DNA of 63,651 bases, counting the filler, from Globobulimina sp. (Eukaryota), in assembly GCA_003354225.1 (NCBI GenBank). It is 25 parts of 25 records of this genome, joined end to end, with 100 filler letters (N's around TTAATTAATTAA, not from the genome) between each part and the next. Parts side by side here need not be neighbours in the genome. Positions count along the whole stretch, not along the records: positions 1 to 2,452 come from PIVH01006621.1; positions 2,553 to 5,004 come from PIVH01006622.1; positions 5,105 to 7,555 come from PIVH01006623.1; positions 7,656 to 10,106 come from PIVH01006624.1; positions 10,207 to 12,657 come from PIVH01006625.1; 20 more parts are not named here. One strand, written 5' to 3'. Below are positions 1 to 11,950 of this stretch, piece by piece. Each line of letters begins with the position of its first letter. Within the stretch, counting starts at the first letter, position 1. The translations under genes and the position numbers were made by a program. The notes beneath the pieces are model-generated. The model did not search any database and was not told the origin of the DNA. It saw only the letters and a list, made by a program, of their open reading frames with translations.

Positions 1-166
1 ATAATCTGTAAAAAACTGTAAATTCAAAGAGTTTACAGTAAAAAACAGTAATTTCAAACTGAAAAGCAAAAAGTTAAATGTTACCTTTAACATTTTATTA
101 TTAACCTATTTTCCTTCCGCAAAAAATTAAATATTTGCAAAAGATTTATCTAAGCTAGTTCGTACT

Positions 167-994
167 ATGTCGTCTCCTGAGGATTCAAATGAATCAAGTG
201 ATTCAAACAGTTCTTCTGAACTACTGGTTAAATCAAAACGGAAACGAAAGTTCAAACCAATCATTGATGAGAACAATGAAAACAACCCTTGCACCAATCC
301 CAAAAAGAAAATTCGAAAATTACCATCATTAAAATCAATATCCAGTTTGTTTAATAATAATGATCTGGAATACAAATCAAATCATAATGATCCCGCAAAA
401 CATCACGGAAAACACCGTGTATATGTTCATGAAAAAGGTAATTGGAGCGTTCATATTTACATTCCGATTCGCAACGATTTTAACTCTTTATTTGATAAAT
501 TATTTGATGTTATTATCAAAGACAATGACGCTAAAATTCATAAAATGGAAGAATTTCATATCAGTTTATCAATTTGTCAGCCTATACGAACACATCAGAT
601 ATCATATTTTGTGGACTCAATCACAAAATTAATAAACGATAATAATAAAAAATCATTTAATATAACACTCAATACAACGAACGGAGTACAATATTTTAGC
701 AACGAACAGCAAAACAGACATTTTGGATCATTATTAATTGATCATGGAAACCAAGACTTGATTAATTTAATTAATGTAATCAATAATGGAATGAGCCAAT
801 GGGGATTACAAAAGTATTATGATAATCCTCAACCACACGTTTCATTTGTGTGGTCATTAAAAGAATTTAAATTTAACTCAAAAAAACTTCAACAAATAAA
901 ACCGTTAACACTTGCAAGTCAAACCGAAACAATGGCAGTTGGTACAATAATAATAAAAATAGGACATAGAATGTATGCCATAAAATTGTCTTAA
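167..994 (+). CDS. USB1: U6 snRNA 3'-phosphodiesterase (2H phosphoesterase)
   Basis: Two HxS motifs (FHISLS, PHVSFVW) and N-terminal RVYVHEKGNWSVHIY signature; intronless, ends TAA. Confidence 0.88.
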   Translation: MSSPEDSNESSDSNSSSELLVKSKRKRKFKPIIDENNENNPCTNPKKKIRKLPSLKSISSLFNNNDLEYKSNHNDPAKHHGKHRVYVHEKGNWSVHIYIPIRNDFNSLFDKLFDVIIKDNDAKIHKMEEFHISLSICQPIRTHQISYFVDSITKLINDNNKKSFNITLNTTNGVQYFSNEQQNRHFGSLLIDHGNQDLINLINVINNGMSQWGLQKYYDNPQPHVSFVWSLKEFKFNSKKLQQIKPLTLASQTETMAVGTIIIKIGHRMYAIKLS

Positions 995-1007
995 GAGCAT
1001 TAATTCT

Positions 1008-2425
1008 TTAGTCCCATACAACAGACATACATCCTGGACAATTGTGCAGCGATTCATGTATAAATACATTACATTCAATACAAAACACATTGTTACATCT
1101 TTGGCACGTTTCCATTAAATTCTTTTTAACATCCAATGTCGACTGACATCCAAAACATGTGACCAGATCCTTTGGGTTCTGATGTGTATACAAATTCTGC
1201 ACAATGGCGATATCATCATCTTCATCCTCCTCAATACCATCATCCATCATATTTTGCGCTTTAATTTCCTTAAACTCCGGCACTGGGAAAACGTGATGAT
1301 AACTCCGTACTAAATGCGGTGATGATATCAACGCTAATCCACACACCGTACAATCCGTTGGCAACTCGCATTGTTTGCTATTACATTTTGGACAATAATA
1401 TCCTTTGTAACTAAACTGTTCATGGCAAAAACACAAAGATGGATAATTATTAGTTTTCTGTTGTGGGAAACCCATTTTTATCCATTTCCTTCCGATTTGA
1501 TAATGTCTATTCAATATTGGTTGTGGCGGTACTTGCGACAACAACAAATTATCAAAATGTGCGACATTCAAAGCGACATTAAATGTGCCGCAGGTCGTCG
1601 ATGCAATCAATGACAAAATATGTAACTCTGCGGATAACGAGATAACATTGACACGGATCTTATGTGTTTTTAGTATTTTTATAGTATTAAATATATCGTC
1701 CGGGTCTATCGAAGATAAGGCCGATGTTATTAATATTATCTCTCGCGAGCCATGGATAGGAATCTGAGACAATGAGTTCTTGGCAACGCGTAAACAGTTC
1801 TGTAATGATAAACAATTTACTAAATTGTTTGTAATTAAACCATCCGATTTGCGCGTAATGGCTTGTATACACTGTTCTTGTTCATACAATAATAAATGAT
1901 CTGTAATGTTATGCAGTTTCTCGATTTGTTGCAATGGATTGCCACCTAAATCGGTGATTTTTTGTGCAATTTTGTGGTGTCCAATGATTAGACCTAACTG
2001 CGATAAGGGGTTTTGATCAAAAAATTCAGTGATGAACTTTTCAATCATTTGTTGTGCCACCACCATACGGTTTGGTTTTAAATCCCGTTTATTCATTGAT
2101 TGCGAGCAATCCAATATGATATAAATGTAGCGGATCATGCCTTTTTCGACTCGCAATTCAGTCATTGTCGATTCCAAACGTTTTTTACGTTTTTTTTGCT
2201 CTTTTTTTTGATTTTTCCAAGATATTGCACCAAATGCATCTTCTTCAATGTCTTTCACGTCAAGAGTATAACTCTTTTTTTTGGGGGCGTTTTTAGCGCA
2301 AGGAATGAATTATAATTTTAAAACTAAACTTCTTCCCAAGCAGCTAAATTACCAGTTTCTATGTCATCATCATGTACTGGTTTTTTTGCTCTCTTTTTTC
2401 TAGTTTTTTTTTTCTGTGTTGCCAT
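1008..2425 (-). CDS. GTF2H2: TFIIH p44/Ssl1 subunit (vWA + zinc fingers), 2 exons
   Basis: GMIRYIYIILDCS, FFDQNPLSQLG, CELPTDC..CGLALISSPHLVRSYHH, HESLHNCPGC. ATG at 2425 plus GT-AG intron 2274-2329 gives AWEE|SYTLDVKDIEED, matching the Ssl1 N-terminus. Confidence 0.95.
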
Positions 2426-2452
2426 GTTCAAGGAAAAAAAACCTCAAAATAC

Positions 2453-2552
2453 NNNNNNNNNNNNNNNNNNNNNNNNNNNNNNNNNNNNNNNNNNNNTTAA
2501 TTAATTAANNNNNNNNNNNNNNNNNNNNNNNNNNNNNNNNNNNNNNNNNNNN
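2453..2552. other. Artificial contig linker N44-TTAATTAATTAA-N44 (first of 24)
   Basis: Identical 100-nt spacers start at 2453, 5005, 7556, 10107, 12658, 15209, 17760, 20311, 22862, 25413, 27964, 30514, 33064, 35614, 38164, 40714, 43264, 45813, 48362, 50911, 53460, 56008, 58556 and 61104. The core has stops in all six frames. Confidence 0.99.
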
Positions 2553-2591
2553 AAATATATTACTCAAATAAGCTGAAACTTTTTCCTAACA

Positions 2592-3732
2592 ATGTCACCA
2601 ATCATATTTGCACTATGCTCGTTAATTGCTTCCTGTGCTGCTAATAAATCAAAGCATAATGGATTCAATTTCCTCAACGGAAACTGGGGAGGTTAGTATC
2701 TACACATCACGGGATACACAATACAAACAATATATACGTTACATAGGTTACACAGTATATCCACCTCCAAAATATGACAGCGCCGAAGCAAAAAACATGG
2801 TCTTATCACAAATAAGTCAGACAGATAACAACTGGATTTCAATATGTTTTCTCTGGTTCCAACAAAATGCATCCTCGACCTACATCTTTCCCATTGTCAA
2901 CACGCCAACCGATAACCAATTAACTTCAATCATAAATTATGCGCACAGTCAAGGATTGAAAGTTGTGATGCGTCCAGGTGTCAATTGTCAGGATGGTGAC
3001 TGGCGGGGTTCGATTGGAAACAAATGGACAGCAAACTCAAATGAATGGAATTTATGGTTTGCAAATTATACAGCAATGATGGTTCGATATGCAAAGTTAG
3101 CACAAGCTACGAACTGTGATATGATGTCGGTTGGCTTTGAATATGCTTCAACAATCCAACAAACTCAACAGTGGATAACTGTGATAAATGCAATCAGAGA
3201 TTCTTATAAAGGGCCATTGAGATACGATGCAAATTGGGGAAGGGAAAACATTGTACAGTACTGGGACCAACTTGACTTTATCGGAATTGATGCATATTAT
3301 CCTTTGGACCCTAACAATGACAATCCATCTGTTTCTGACTTGGTCAATGCTTGGCAACCCTTGGTAGCTAATTTTAAAAATTTGAGCGCAACCTATGATA
3401 AGAAAATTATATTTGCAGAGATTGGTTATTGTTCCACCACGGAGGCTAATAAGAATCCAGCTTTTTGTGGACCTGCTTTGAGTATTCAAGCGCAAACTAA
3501 TTGTTATCACGCATTTTTTCAAGCTGTGTACAGTCAATCTTTTTGTCAAGGCGTTTTCTGGTGGTATGTATTTTCTATATGTATTTGCAAAATGCATTTT
3601 TGTATTGGTGGTGGTGTGTGGAATATAATTAGGGATTGGGCAACGGATCCGGACAATCAAGGACTGCAGAATACAGCATTCACACCCAATGGTAAACCTG
3701 CTGCGGCTGTTTGCAAGCAATATTTTTCTTGA
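2592..3732 (+). CDS. Secreted glycoside hydrolase family 113-like protein (beta-mannanase-like TIM barrel), 3 exons
   Basis: Signal peptide MSPIIFALCSLIASCAA; introns 2692-2746 and 3564-3632 (the second is in frame; removal gives FWW|DW). Motifs GLKVVMRP, DGDWRGSI, SVGFE, YDANW, IGIDAYYPL, IIFAEIGY. Confidence 0.8.
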
Positions 3733-3857
3733 ATATTTATTCTATTTTCGGTACCATAAACAGTGATATACTGTGTGTGCAAGGACTTGTTTGCTTCGCT
3801 GCGTTTTTAATGCAAGAATATTCAATCATGGCACACAGAGACAGAGAATAGGGCATA

Positions 3858-5004
3858 ATGTACAAATTAGTGGTTAAAGGTTATATTCGTGAGTTCGAGA
3901 CGTCATTACTTAAAAAAATTGTACCATCAGAAATCAAATTATTATGCATCGAATATTATTATTCAAATTCTAAATTGGTATTGCTTCAACCTCCAAATTC
4001 TAACTCAGAGAAAAGTATTTTAATTACAGATTTTAATGAAGACGAAGAAACCAAAAATAACATAGTATGGAAGGCCAATGCATTCAAACCCGCACAAATA
4101 AAACCACCCATGGTTGAAGACTCAGCGATTTGTTGTTATTCAAGTATTATTTTACCCGAACAGGTGTTGAATGCAACAAAATTAACAACAAATCACAATA
4201 ACAATGTTATATTTAAATGTGATAAAGAATGTTATGCCATAATTATAAATGATAACGATTTCGAGTCATATTCGGAGCGAATGAAGCCATATTATTGGAA
4301 ATTGCCCTCATTTAAATGCAATAGAAATGCGAATGGTTTATTATACAGCAAATCGTATGGATTATTATCAATTGGTGGAGTGAAAGGGCACGGCTCTGCC
4401 AATTGTAATGATATTATGCAGTTATCATTGAATAATATGGATCATTTGAATCAGAAATGGGAATGGAAACATATTGCCAAAATGGAGAGGAAATTAAAGG
4501 ATATCGCCTGTACGATGATCAATGATCGGACCTTATTGATTTGTGGAGGGAGAAACGAGTCCAATTCTGATAGTAAACAAGTGTTAATTTATGATTTCGA
4601 GATTGGTGAATGGATTGGATTGAGGCAGAGTAAATATGCAAGGTCGAAAATAGGAATTTGTTTTGATAAAATGGACAAGAAATTGTTTTGTGTTGGTGGG
4701 AACGAGTCAAGTTTTGCAGTGAATAAAGCAGAATATTTTGACTTGGAAAGGAATGAATGGTTTCGTTTACCAAATACGTCAATGAAACATGGATGGAATC
4801 CGTTAGTGTGGAAACATTCAAATAATAAAAATGTATTATTAATTGCATCATATATAACTAATAGCATTGAGACCTATGATTTGCGCGATGCAGTGCGAGC
4901 GCAATATACAAGGAAATTCAATGATGGATGGAGCACAATATATGGTCCACAAAAGAATTGGCCAATGTATGGCTCGAGTTTAGAAAATGTATTTAAAACT
5001 AAAT
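3858..5004 (+). CDS. Kelch-repeat beta-propeller protein, 3'-truncated
   Basis: Repeated LLSIGG / LLICGG / LFCVGG with downstream YD/FD...W; runs into the linker. Confidence 0.8.
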
Positions 5005-5104
5005 NNNNNNNNNNNNNNNNNNNNNNNNNNNNNNNNNNNNNNNNNNNNTTAATTAATTAANNNNNNNNNNNNNNNNNNNNNNNNNNNNNNNNNNNNNNNN
5101 NNNN

Positions 5105-5618
5105 TAGTTAACATGAGATATGTCGCATCATTTTGGAGTACACAAATATTGGTTGCTATATAGATGGTGCCGTTTGCTGTGAAATCTGCAGATGATGGAC
5201 ATCCATCATTAGTTGATTGAGAACTGGAATACAATACAATTTCAGCATAATTTGTATTTACATGAAACAAATCATTTGGACATTCACCATAATGGATAGA
5301 ATTTGGTATTGCAGTGGTTGGGTCATATGACGCAGTGGATGAAGGTGGAACACATTGCCCGGATATTTGACATGTATCATCCGCATTATTATTGCAATAA
5401 AATGAATCACCATTGGTTTCACAATCAAATAAATAGTAATCAGCAGGGTTAAAAAAATTATTTCCAGTTAATGTGCAATGATGGTTGGCATAGGGTAAAT
5501 ATAAGGAACCTTGATTTGCGTCTTCAAAGGTATGGATAAAATAATTATCTTGCGAGCTAATGGTTTTGATGCAATGCATTAATAGTATCATTAGCATGGA
5601 CGGCGATTTGGAGCACAT
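5105..5618 (-). CDS. Cys-rich secreted/surface protein, 3'-truncated; paralog of the neighbouring gene
   Basis: ATG 5618 with hydrophobic leader; Cys-rich; shares Y.(E/K)I.LY...NG...ATN.C with 5972-7492. Confidence 0.6.
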
Positions 5619-5971
5619 ATTCAAGCGTCCAAGTATAATTAAGCAGGCTCTCAAAAACTCAAAACAAAATCCACAAAAAAAAATCATTGGCTAGCGACCG
5701 TCAGTCACGGTTAATAAATAAATTGATGTCCAGATAAAATGGACCTAATCGTAAAAAAAAAGTAGTCGTCAAAAAAAGCAGAACAATTAAAACTAACATA
5801 ATTGTTTTGTCACTAATATAAAATGAAAATGCAATCTTATTATAAACTTAATACATGGAACATAATCGAACAAAAACATCACAAAACGTTTGTATAACAA
5901 AAAACAAACAAATAAATAACGACGAATGAGAAACATACAATGCATGAAATAAAACATAATTACAAAACAAT

Positions 5972-7492
5972 TTACTTCCCTTCAGACATTAATTGTTGAT
6001 CGATGGGCGAAATCCGTCTTTGATTATTACCATTCCTTCCATCCATATGTTGATAATTACCATGTCTTTCATCCACGCCTTGCAATTCAACCCTACGTTG
6101 TATATTTTTCTGCCGTAAATACTCTTTCCTCGCGTCTTTATCCTCATCACTCTGAAAATTACCTTTCAACGAATGCCTTTTCCTTCGCTCATTACACCAA
6201 ATATAAAAACAGATAAACAAATAGAATACAAACAACACCGCACACACAATATATACTAATGAGATATTATTTAACCCGGATAATAGCTCTCGAGTATCAA
6301 ACACTGTCGCTTCCGGTGCCAAATCCTCGCGAGTCGTGGTTGTGGGCATAGCAGTCACCGGATTCCCCGTTGGCTGATGGCTCGGAGACAGGGTCGGTTC
6401 CGCAGTGACAATGGGCTCCGCAGTCGGCATTACAGTCGGCTCATAAGTCGGGGCCGCCGATGGTGGCGTTGTAGGCGTAGAGGGCTGCGCAGTGGGCATA
6501 AATGTTGGAAGCATGGTGGGATTATCGGAAGGTGCAGAAGTAGGCAGTTCTGATGGCGATTGGCTTGGTTGCACCGTTGCTGCTAATATATTAGTGCCAT
6601 TTACTATGCATTTGGTAACCTGGGAATCAATCATTGTTTGCGATATCGATGGAATGTGTGCAAGGATAGTGTTACTAAACTGTCCTAAAGCTGTTATAAG
6701 AACATTGTGTGTGTATGTGTGGAGATTGTGGTATATACAAAATGTGTTACATACTATCTGCAGCTGCCACTGTTTTGTGGATTGGGAAATGCGTATTTTT
6801 CACAGCTTCGGGTATAACTTTCATGTGTTCCTATTTTGTTGCTGCAGTCAGAATTGTTATGGATGGCTATTTCTGCGGTTACGTTGTTGCAAGTTGTGCT
6901 GTGTAGATATTATGTATGTAATATGTGTAATATGTGTAATATGTGCGTACTGTGTGTATGATATTAATGGATAGGAACATAACATAAAATATTGTCCGCC
7001 TCCTTGATCAGTGCATTGATTTGTAGCTAATTTGGCAAAGCCGTTGTCGATTAATGATGAACAGTCAGGGGTTTGTTGGTTAGTATAGCCGCAATAAAGA
7101 GATATTTTGACATAATTTTTGGATGTGGTTGCACGGTTATTTGGACATATATTGACATTACTAATTGGTGTCGGTGATGGCGTTGCGTAGATTTCTCCAG
7201 CAATCATTGGCCAATTGACGGTGTTACAGACTATAGTTTGATTGGAGCAGTCAACGGATCCTGTACACGGACCCCAGACATATAAGCCACCAACACATTG
7301 AAATATTCCCCAAGGGGCAGCCTTATGATCTCCTATTCGCGTACATATATTTATTGGATAGGCCACTTTGATCATTTGTGGATCAACATTTGTGTATGGC
7401 GTTACGTATTGTTCAAAGTCCCTATTGGGCACATAAACTGCTTGGGCGTGAATGGATTGAATGCATGATAGGATGGCCAATATTGAGATCAT
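5972..7492 (-). CDS. Type I membrane glycoprotein: Cys-rich ectodomain, Pro/Thr mucin-like stalk, one TM; about 3 exons
   Basis: Signal peptide MISILAILSCIQSIHA; intron 6899-6983 and a second at roughly 6675-6755 (boundaries uncertain); PT/PS repeats; TM ISLVYIVCAVLFVFYLFICFYIW followed by basic residues. Confidence 0.7.
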
Positions 7493-7655
7493 TGTTAAAA
7501 TAATAGAAAAAAAAACTTTATCTAAAGTTTTATGATGACAATCAGACCGGCCTTCNNNNNNNNNNNNNNNNNNNNNNNNNNNNNNNNNNNNNNNNNNNNT
7601 TAATTAATTAANNNNNNNNNNNNNNNNNNNNNNNNNNNNNNNNNNNNNNNNNNNN

Positions 7656-9149
7656 TTGTAAATACTGCTCAATTTCTTGTATTTCAGATATATTTTCGAT
7701 GTTTAATTTCTTTAAAATATAAGTTTGCAATGAATGTATTTCAAATAAATTGCAGTCAAAATGCTTAAATCTGTCCATTAACGAATACATACCGTCAGTA
7801 TCACCGATATATTTCACACACATTTCACTGTCAACGTTAATTTTACCTATTTCATGAACATTATGTGGGTGAAATGAGATATCATTCACTGTCAATATAT
7901 ATTTATATGTGCCATTATTTAATGCCTTTTTGTCAGTTATGACCTCTTCCAAAATGAGCTCGTTGCTTCCAAATGGAAATGACAACAAATCAAATAACGT
8001 GACAATAAACCAATATTCTGACTGGCGGTCAATATCTCCATTTTCAGTCATAAAATCATAATTTTTATCAAAATATCTATTCATTACACCAATCATCTTA
8101 GTTTGTGAGGCAATAGTTTTTAGCCAATCTTTCTTCGTTTTAAAAATGTGACATAATTTCCCTAAAATGGCTCGTTTATTGTCATACAAATAAGTTTTAT
8201 TAATGTTATGTTTCCTTTGTGTCAGATTTATAATTGCATCAAATAATAATTCGCCAAATAATGTGTCAAATAAATAGTGGCATTCTATTTTCTCAAAATT
8301 ATTTTCCTGCAAAATAGTTAATATGTCAATTATTTCATCTTTGACTTTGGGAATATTTAAGTTTGCATTGTTGTCTGTTGCGGTATCAGTGGAGAATGAC
8401 ATTGCTTTTTTGATATGTTGATAGATAAAGTCTTTGTTGATGGTGTAGTTTGAAAGTGTTTCCCCATTCAATTCAGGGACATTCTTAAGATTTTGACCGA
8501 TTTTATTGAAGTTTTTTATGTTTTTTTGTAAGACATGAATCAATGATAAAAACGAGGAATATTTCTCTTTGAAGACGGGATTTGAATGGAATTTATGATA
8601 AATTTTCATTTGTTTCATCCAATTCATTTGTAAATAATGTATAAATTCTTTATTGTTCATGTCATAGAATGATTTCTTTGGTAGTTCAAGAAAAGGCGCC
8701 ATTAATGATGAGAATGTATTTGATTCCGTGTCTTCTGGATCTAATTTGTTGTCAGCGGCGGTTGCATTGGTTTTAAATATAATTTTTGTTGGTAACGGAC
8801 ATTTTTGTAAATATTTAATCGTTGATTTAAATGTATTATGATCATCATCCTCGACCTCTTGGTCTTGCTCTTCTTCTTCTTGTCGTATATCATTAGCAAT
8901 GCATTCATTTAAGCCTTCACCATTTATTTTATATAAAACTGAATTAATTTTAATATCTTTCCACGCTGCGCGTTGAACAGAAATCTCATCATTGAATTCA
9001 TTGTATTTTAAATCTAAACCAAAGGGTCGAGAATAAAAAGTTACCTCATATTCATTATTATTTTTATTCAAATTGGAACAATATCGCTTCAAATAAACGT
9101 TTTGATGGACAGTACAACGCCGAATTGCGTTGCAAGAACGAAAAAGCAT
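7656..9149 (-). CDS. Hypothetical protein, probably mitochondrion-targeted, with possible PDZ-like N-terminal domain; 3'-truncated
   Basis: Long ORF; ATG 9149 gives Arg-rich, acid-free leader MLFRSCNAIRRC; VTFYSRPFGL...VLYKING...CPLPTKIIF resembles PDZ. Confidence 0.55.
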
Positions 9150-9219
9150 CTTTTTCAGGAAATTTCTAAAAAGTTTTCGAGTGATATTTAGTTTTTTACC
9201 CAGCTCGCTCACTTAGAAA

Positions 9220-10020
9220 ATGGTTCAGATATTACTCCCGTTGGTGTTGTTATTATCGTTAATATCCGGTAGAACTCTAAATTCTTATAACAAACATCCG
9301 TCACAATTATGGGCAACACCATATTTACCGAACATTGAAGAAAACGGCACCCATTTTTCTCAACATTTGACGTTGAACATGTATGGATTCAACTCGCCAT
9401 TATTATCAAACTGCACCGAAAATTACATCACACAATATTTAGATCATTATAATTTTAATCCCGCCTCCAATGGACAGACAACATACAAACAAAGATATTT
9501 TATCTGTGGTGGTAAAAATTTGAAACCAAACAATAATCCAGGAAATGAAGCAAATGTTTAATTATATGTAAATGCAACAGGTTTAATGTGGGAAAATGCA
9601 GATTCATTTGATGCGATTATGGTATTTGCTGAACATCGATATTTTGGTACATCATTACCGTTTGGATCGGACGAAGCTGACATGGAAAGTGAAAATATTG
9701 TATTCTTGTCTGCAGATCAAGCAATGGCTGACTTTGCGACATTAATAAATATGTTAAAAACAGAGTGGTACAGTATATTATTGGTACAGTATATTTAATT
9801 TTATTACATATTTTTTTTTCACTTGCAAAAACATATTTGTTTTGTATTTATTTTGAACAATGTGCTGGTTATACTTATTTCGTGATGCCCAACATCTAGT
9901 TTATGAATGATATAAAGAAGCAGTATTTATATATCTTCGATTGTATGGTATGTCATAATAATATATAAATAACATTGTTTGCAGGTATGTTGTTTACTTC
10001 GAGTAGAGATCCATATTTTG
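9220..10020 (+). pseudogene. Lysosomal Pro-X carboxypeptidase (peptidase S28) pseudogene
   Basis: QYLDHYNF, KQRYF, GNE, FAEHRYFGTSLPFG and DQAMADFA lie in one frame but are split by TAA 9559-9561; the usual IFFY before GNE is missing; downstream sequence is degenerate. 3' limit approximate. Confidence 0.75.
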
Positions 10021-10206
10021 CAGCACTCTCTTCATGCTCTGTATACAACAAAAAATTAGGATTGGTGTATTTGGTTTATGGACAGTGCCAATTGATTGTT
10101 ATTTTTNNNNNNNNNNNNNNNNNNNNNNNNNNNNNNNNNNNNNNNNNNNNTTAATTAATTAANNNNNNNNNNNNNNNNNNNNNNNNNNNNNNNNNNNNNN
10201 NNNNNN

Positions 10207-10935
10207 CTTGTGCTTGTAGCGGTGGTAAATTTGAGCCGCAGCTGTAAATACACATTCCAATGGCACCAATTGGCCAAAAGAAAAGTCCAAAGCATGCTAT
10301 AATATATAGTATTAAATATATTATAGACAACACAAATATATTAATATAATTATAGACAAAATAGTACCTAAAACATAAAGGCAGGTCGGATCATCCGGTC
10401 TTTGTCGAATCGGTTGAGCCACCACAACCTGCTGTTGTTGAGTCACTTGTTGCGAGGTATTTTGGTTTGTGTTAATATTTATAATTGGCTGTTGCTGCAT
10501 TTGTTGTGGCCGGCTTTGAACATAAACAACCTGTGGCTGACCGCCTTGTTGCGTTGGCGCAGCTATTGGTTGGCCATATTGATTTACATATACTGTTTGC
10601 GGCTGGGTTTGTGGCGTTGGCTGCTGATATACCACTTGTTGTGGTTGCTGTGGTTGATATACTGTTTGCTGTGGCTGTTGTGGTTGATATACCTGTTGCT
10701 GTGGTTGCATTGGTTGGTATCCTTGTTGCTGTTGAACTGCTGCTGGATTATATGCTGCCGGCACGGACGGTGCTGACGCGTCATATGGTGGGGGAGCTTC
10801 AGCTCCTCCAGGACCTCCACCTTAATTTATTTCATTTGGAAATTGAAACTTATTTAATTTTCTACACCTTTTTCAATTATGGATTATCGTTTGTCCAAAA
10901 AAAATACCTTCATCTAGGTTTGGATAAGTGGCCAT
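10207..10935 (-). CDS. Gln/Pro-rich membrane protein with PPPY motif, 3 exons, 3'-truncated
   Basis: ATG 10935; introns 10821-10907 and 10297-10367 give MATYPNLDEG..EAPPPY..(QPQQ)n..CLYVLACFGLFFWPIGAIGMCIY. Confidence 0.72.
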
Positions 10936-11219
10936 GTGTATAAGTTTGGTGAGTGTTTGTCTCTTTGGTGAAGCTAGCAACGAATTAATGTTTTTAATTA
11001 TAATACAGTTTTTTTATCAAGTTAATTTTATAATGCAGTTGATGCTTTAAATCTGTCTGGACGGAATTTTATGTGGTCATTGAACATTGAAATTCAAACA
11101 CTTTGAGCGATCATCAATTATTGTAGCATTTTGAGTGATTATTGAATCGGAAATACGTCATTTTTTGATAATTGAATTGGAAAAAAAAACACTTTTGTTT
11201 TGAAGAGAAAATAACAGCA

Positions 11220-11795
11220 ATGTTTAAGAATACATTTCAATCCGGATTTTTATCCATTTTATACAGCATCGGTTCAAAACCATTACAAATTTGGGATCAG
11301 AAAGTACAGAATGGTCATATTAAACGAATAACAGATCGTGACATTCAATCATCAGTGTTAGAAATAATGGGCGCAAATGTATCAACCACATACATTTCAT
11401 GCCCGGTATCACCATCGAAAACATTAGGAATTAAATTACCTTTTTTAGTGATGATAATAAAGAACGTAAAGAAATATTTCACATTTGAAGTGCAAGTAAA
11501 AGATGACAAAGGTGTTCGTCGTAGATTCCGTGCATCAAATTATCAGTCAACGACAAGAGTGAAACCATTTATATGTACAATGCCAATGAGATTAGATGAT
11601 GGATGGAATCAAATACAATTCAATTTGGCTGATTTTACCCGAAGAGCATATGGCACAAATTATGTTGAAACATTACGAGTGCAAATTCATGCAAATTGCC
11701 GTATTCGTAGAATATATTTTTCAGATCGCTTATATTCCGAAGATGAATTACCTGCAGAATTTAAATTATTTTTGCCTGTTCAAAAACATAAATGA
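11220..11795 (+). CDS. CFAP20: Cilia- and flagella-associated protein 20 (BUG22)
   Basis: Canonical start [25 protein letters not shown] and end [17 protein letters not shown]. Confidence 0.98.
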   Translation: MFKNTFQSGFLSILYSIGSKPLQIWDQKVQNGHIKRITDRDIQSSVLEIMGANVSTTYISCPVSPSKTLGIKLPFLVMIIKNVKKYFTFEVQVKDDKGVRRRFRASNYQSTTRVKPFICTMPMRLDDGWNQIQFNLADFTRRAYGTNYVETLRVQIHANCRIRRIYFSDRLYSEDELPAEFKLFLPVQKHK

Positions 11796-11950
11796 ATTTA
11801 AAAAAAAACAAACAAACAAACATATATTCAAATTATATCAATACTCATTGTTCATATTGTTGCTTTGAGAGTTTTTTGTAGTATTTAAGTTAAATAATTA
11901 ATTCGTTTCTTAAGTCACGCGCTTAATTGAAAACTTCTTCTCTAAACACC

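Noticed and set aside
6-60. Small hairpin and direct repeat (ACTGTAAATTC/GAGTTTACAGT) at the window start
   Set aside because: Short, AT-rich and truncated by the contig edge; cannot be classified.
9559-9561. Stop-codon reassignment (TAA/TAG read as an amino acid) suggested by in-frame stops
   Set aside because: Conserved genes end at TAA (USB1, NVL, REV7), TAG (MATE) and TGA (CFAP20), and long ORFs lack internal stops. The lesions co-occur with indels.
10402-10943. Hydrophobic plus-strand ORFs of 124 and 152 aa
   Set aside because: Antisense shadows of the Gln/Pro-rich minus-strand gene.
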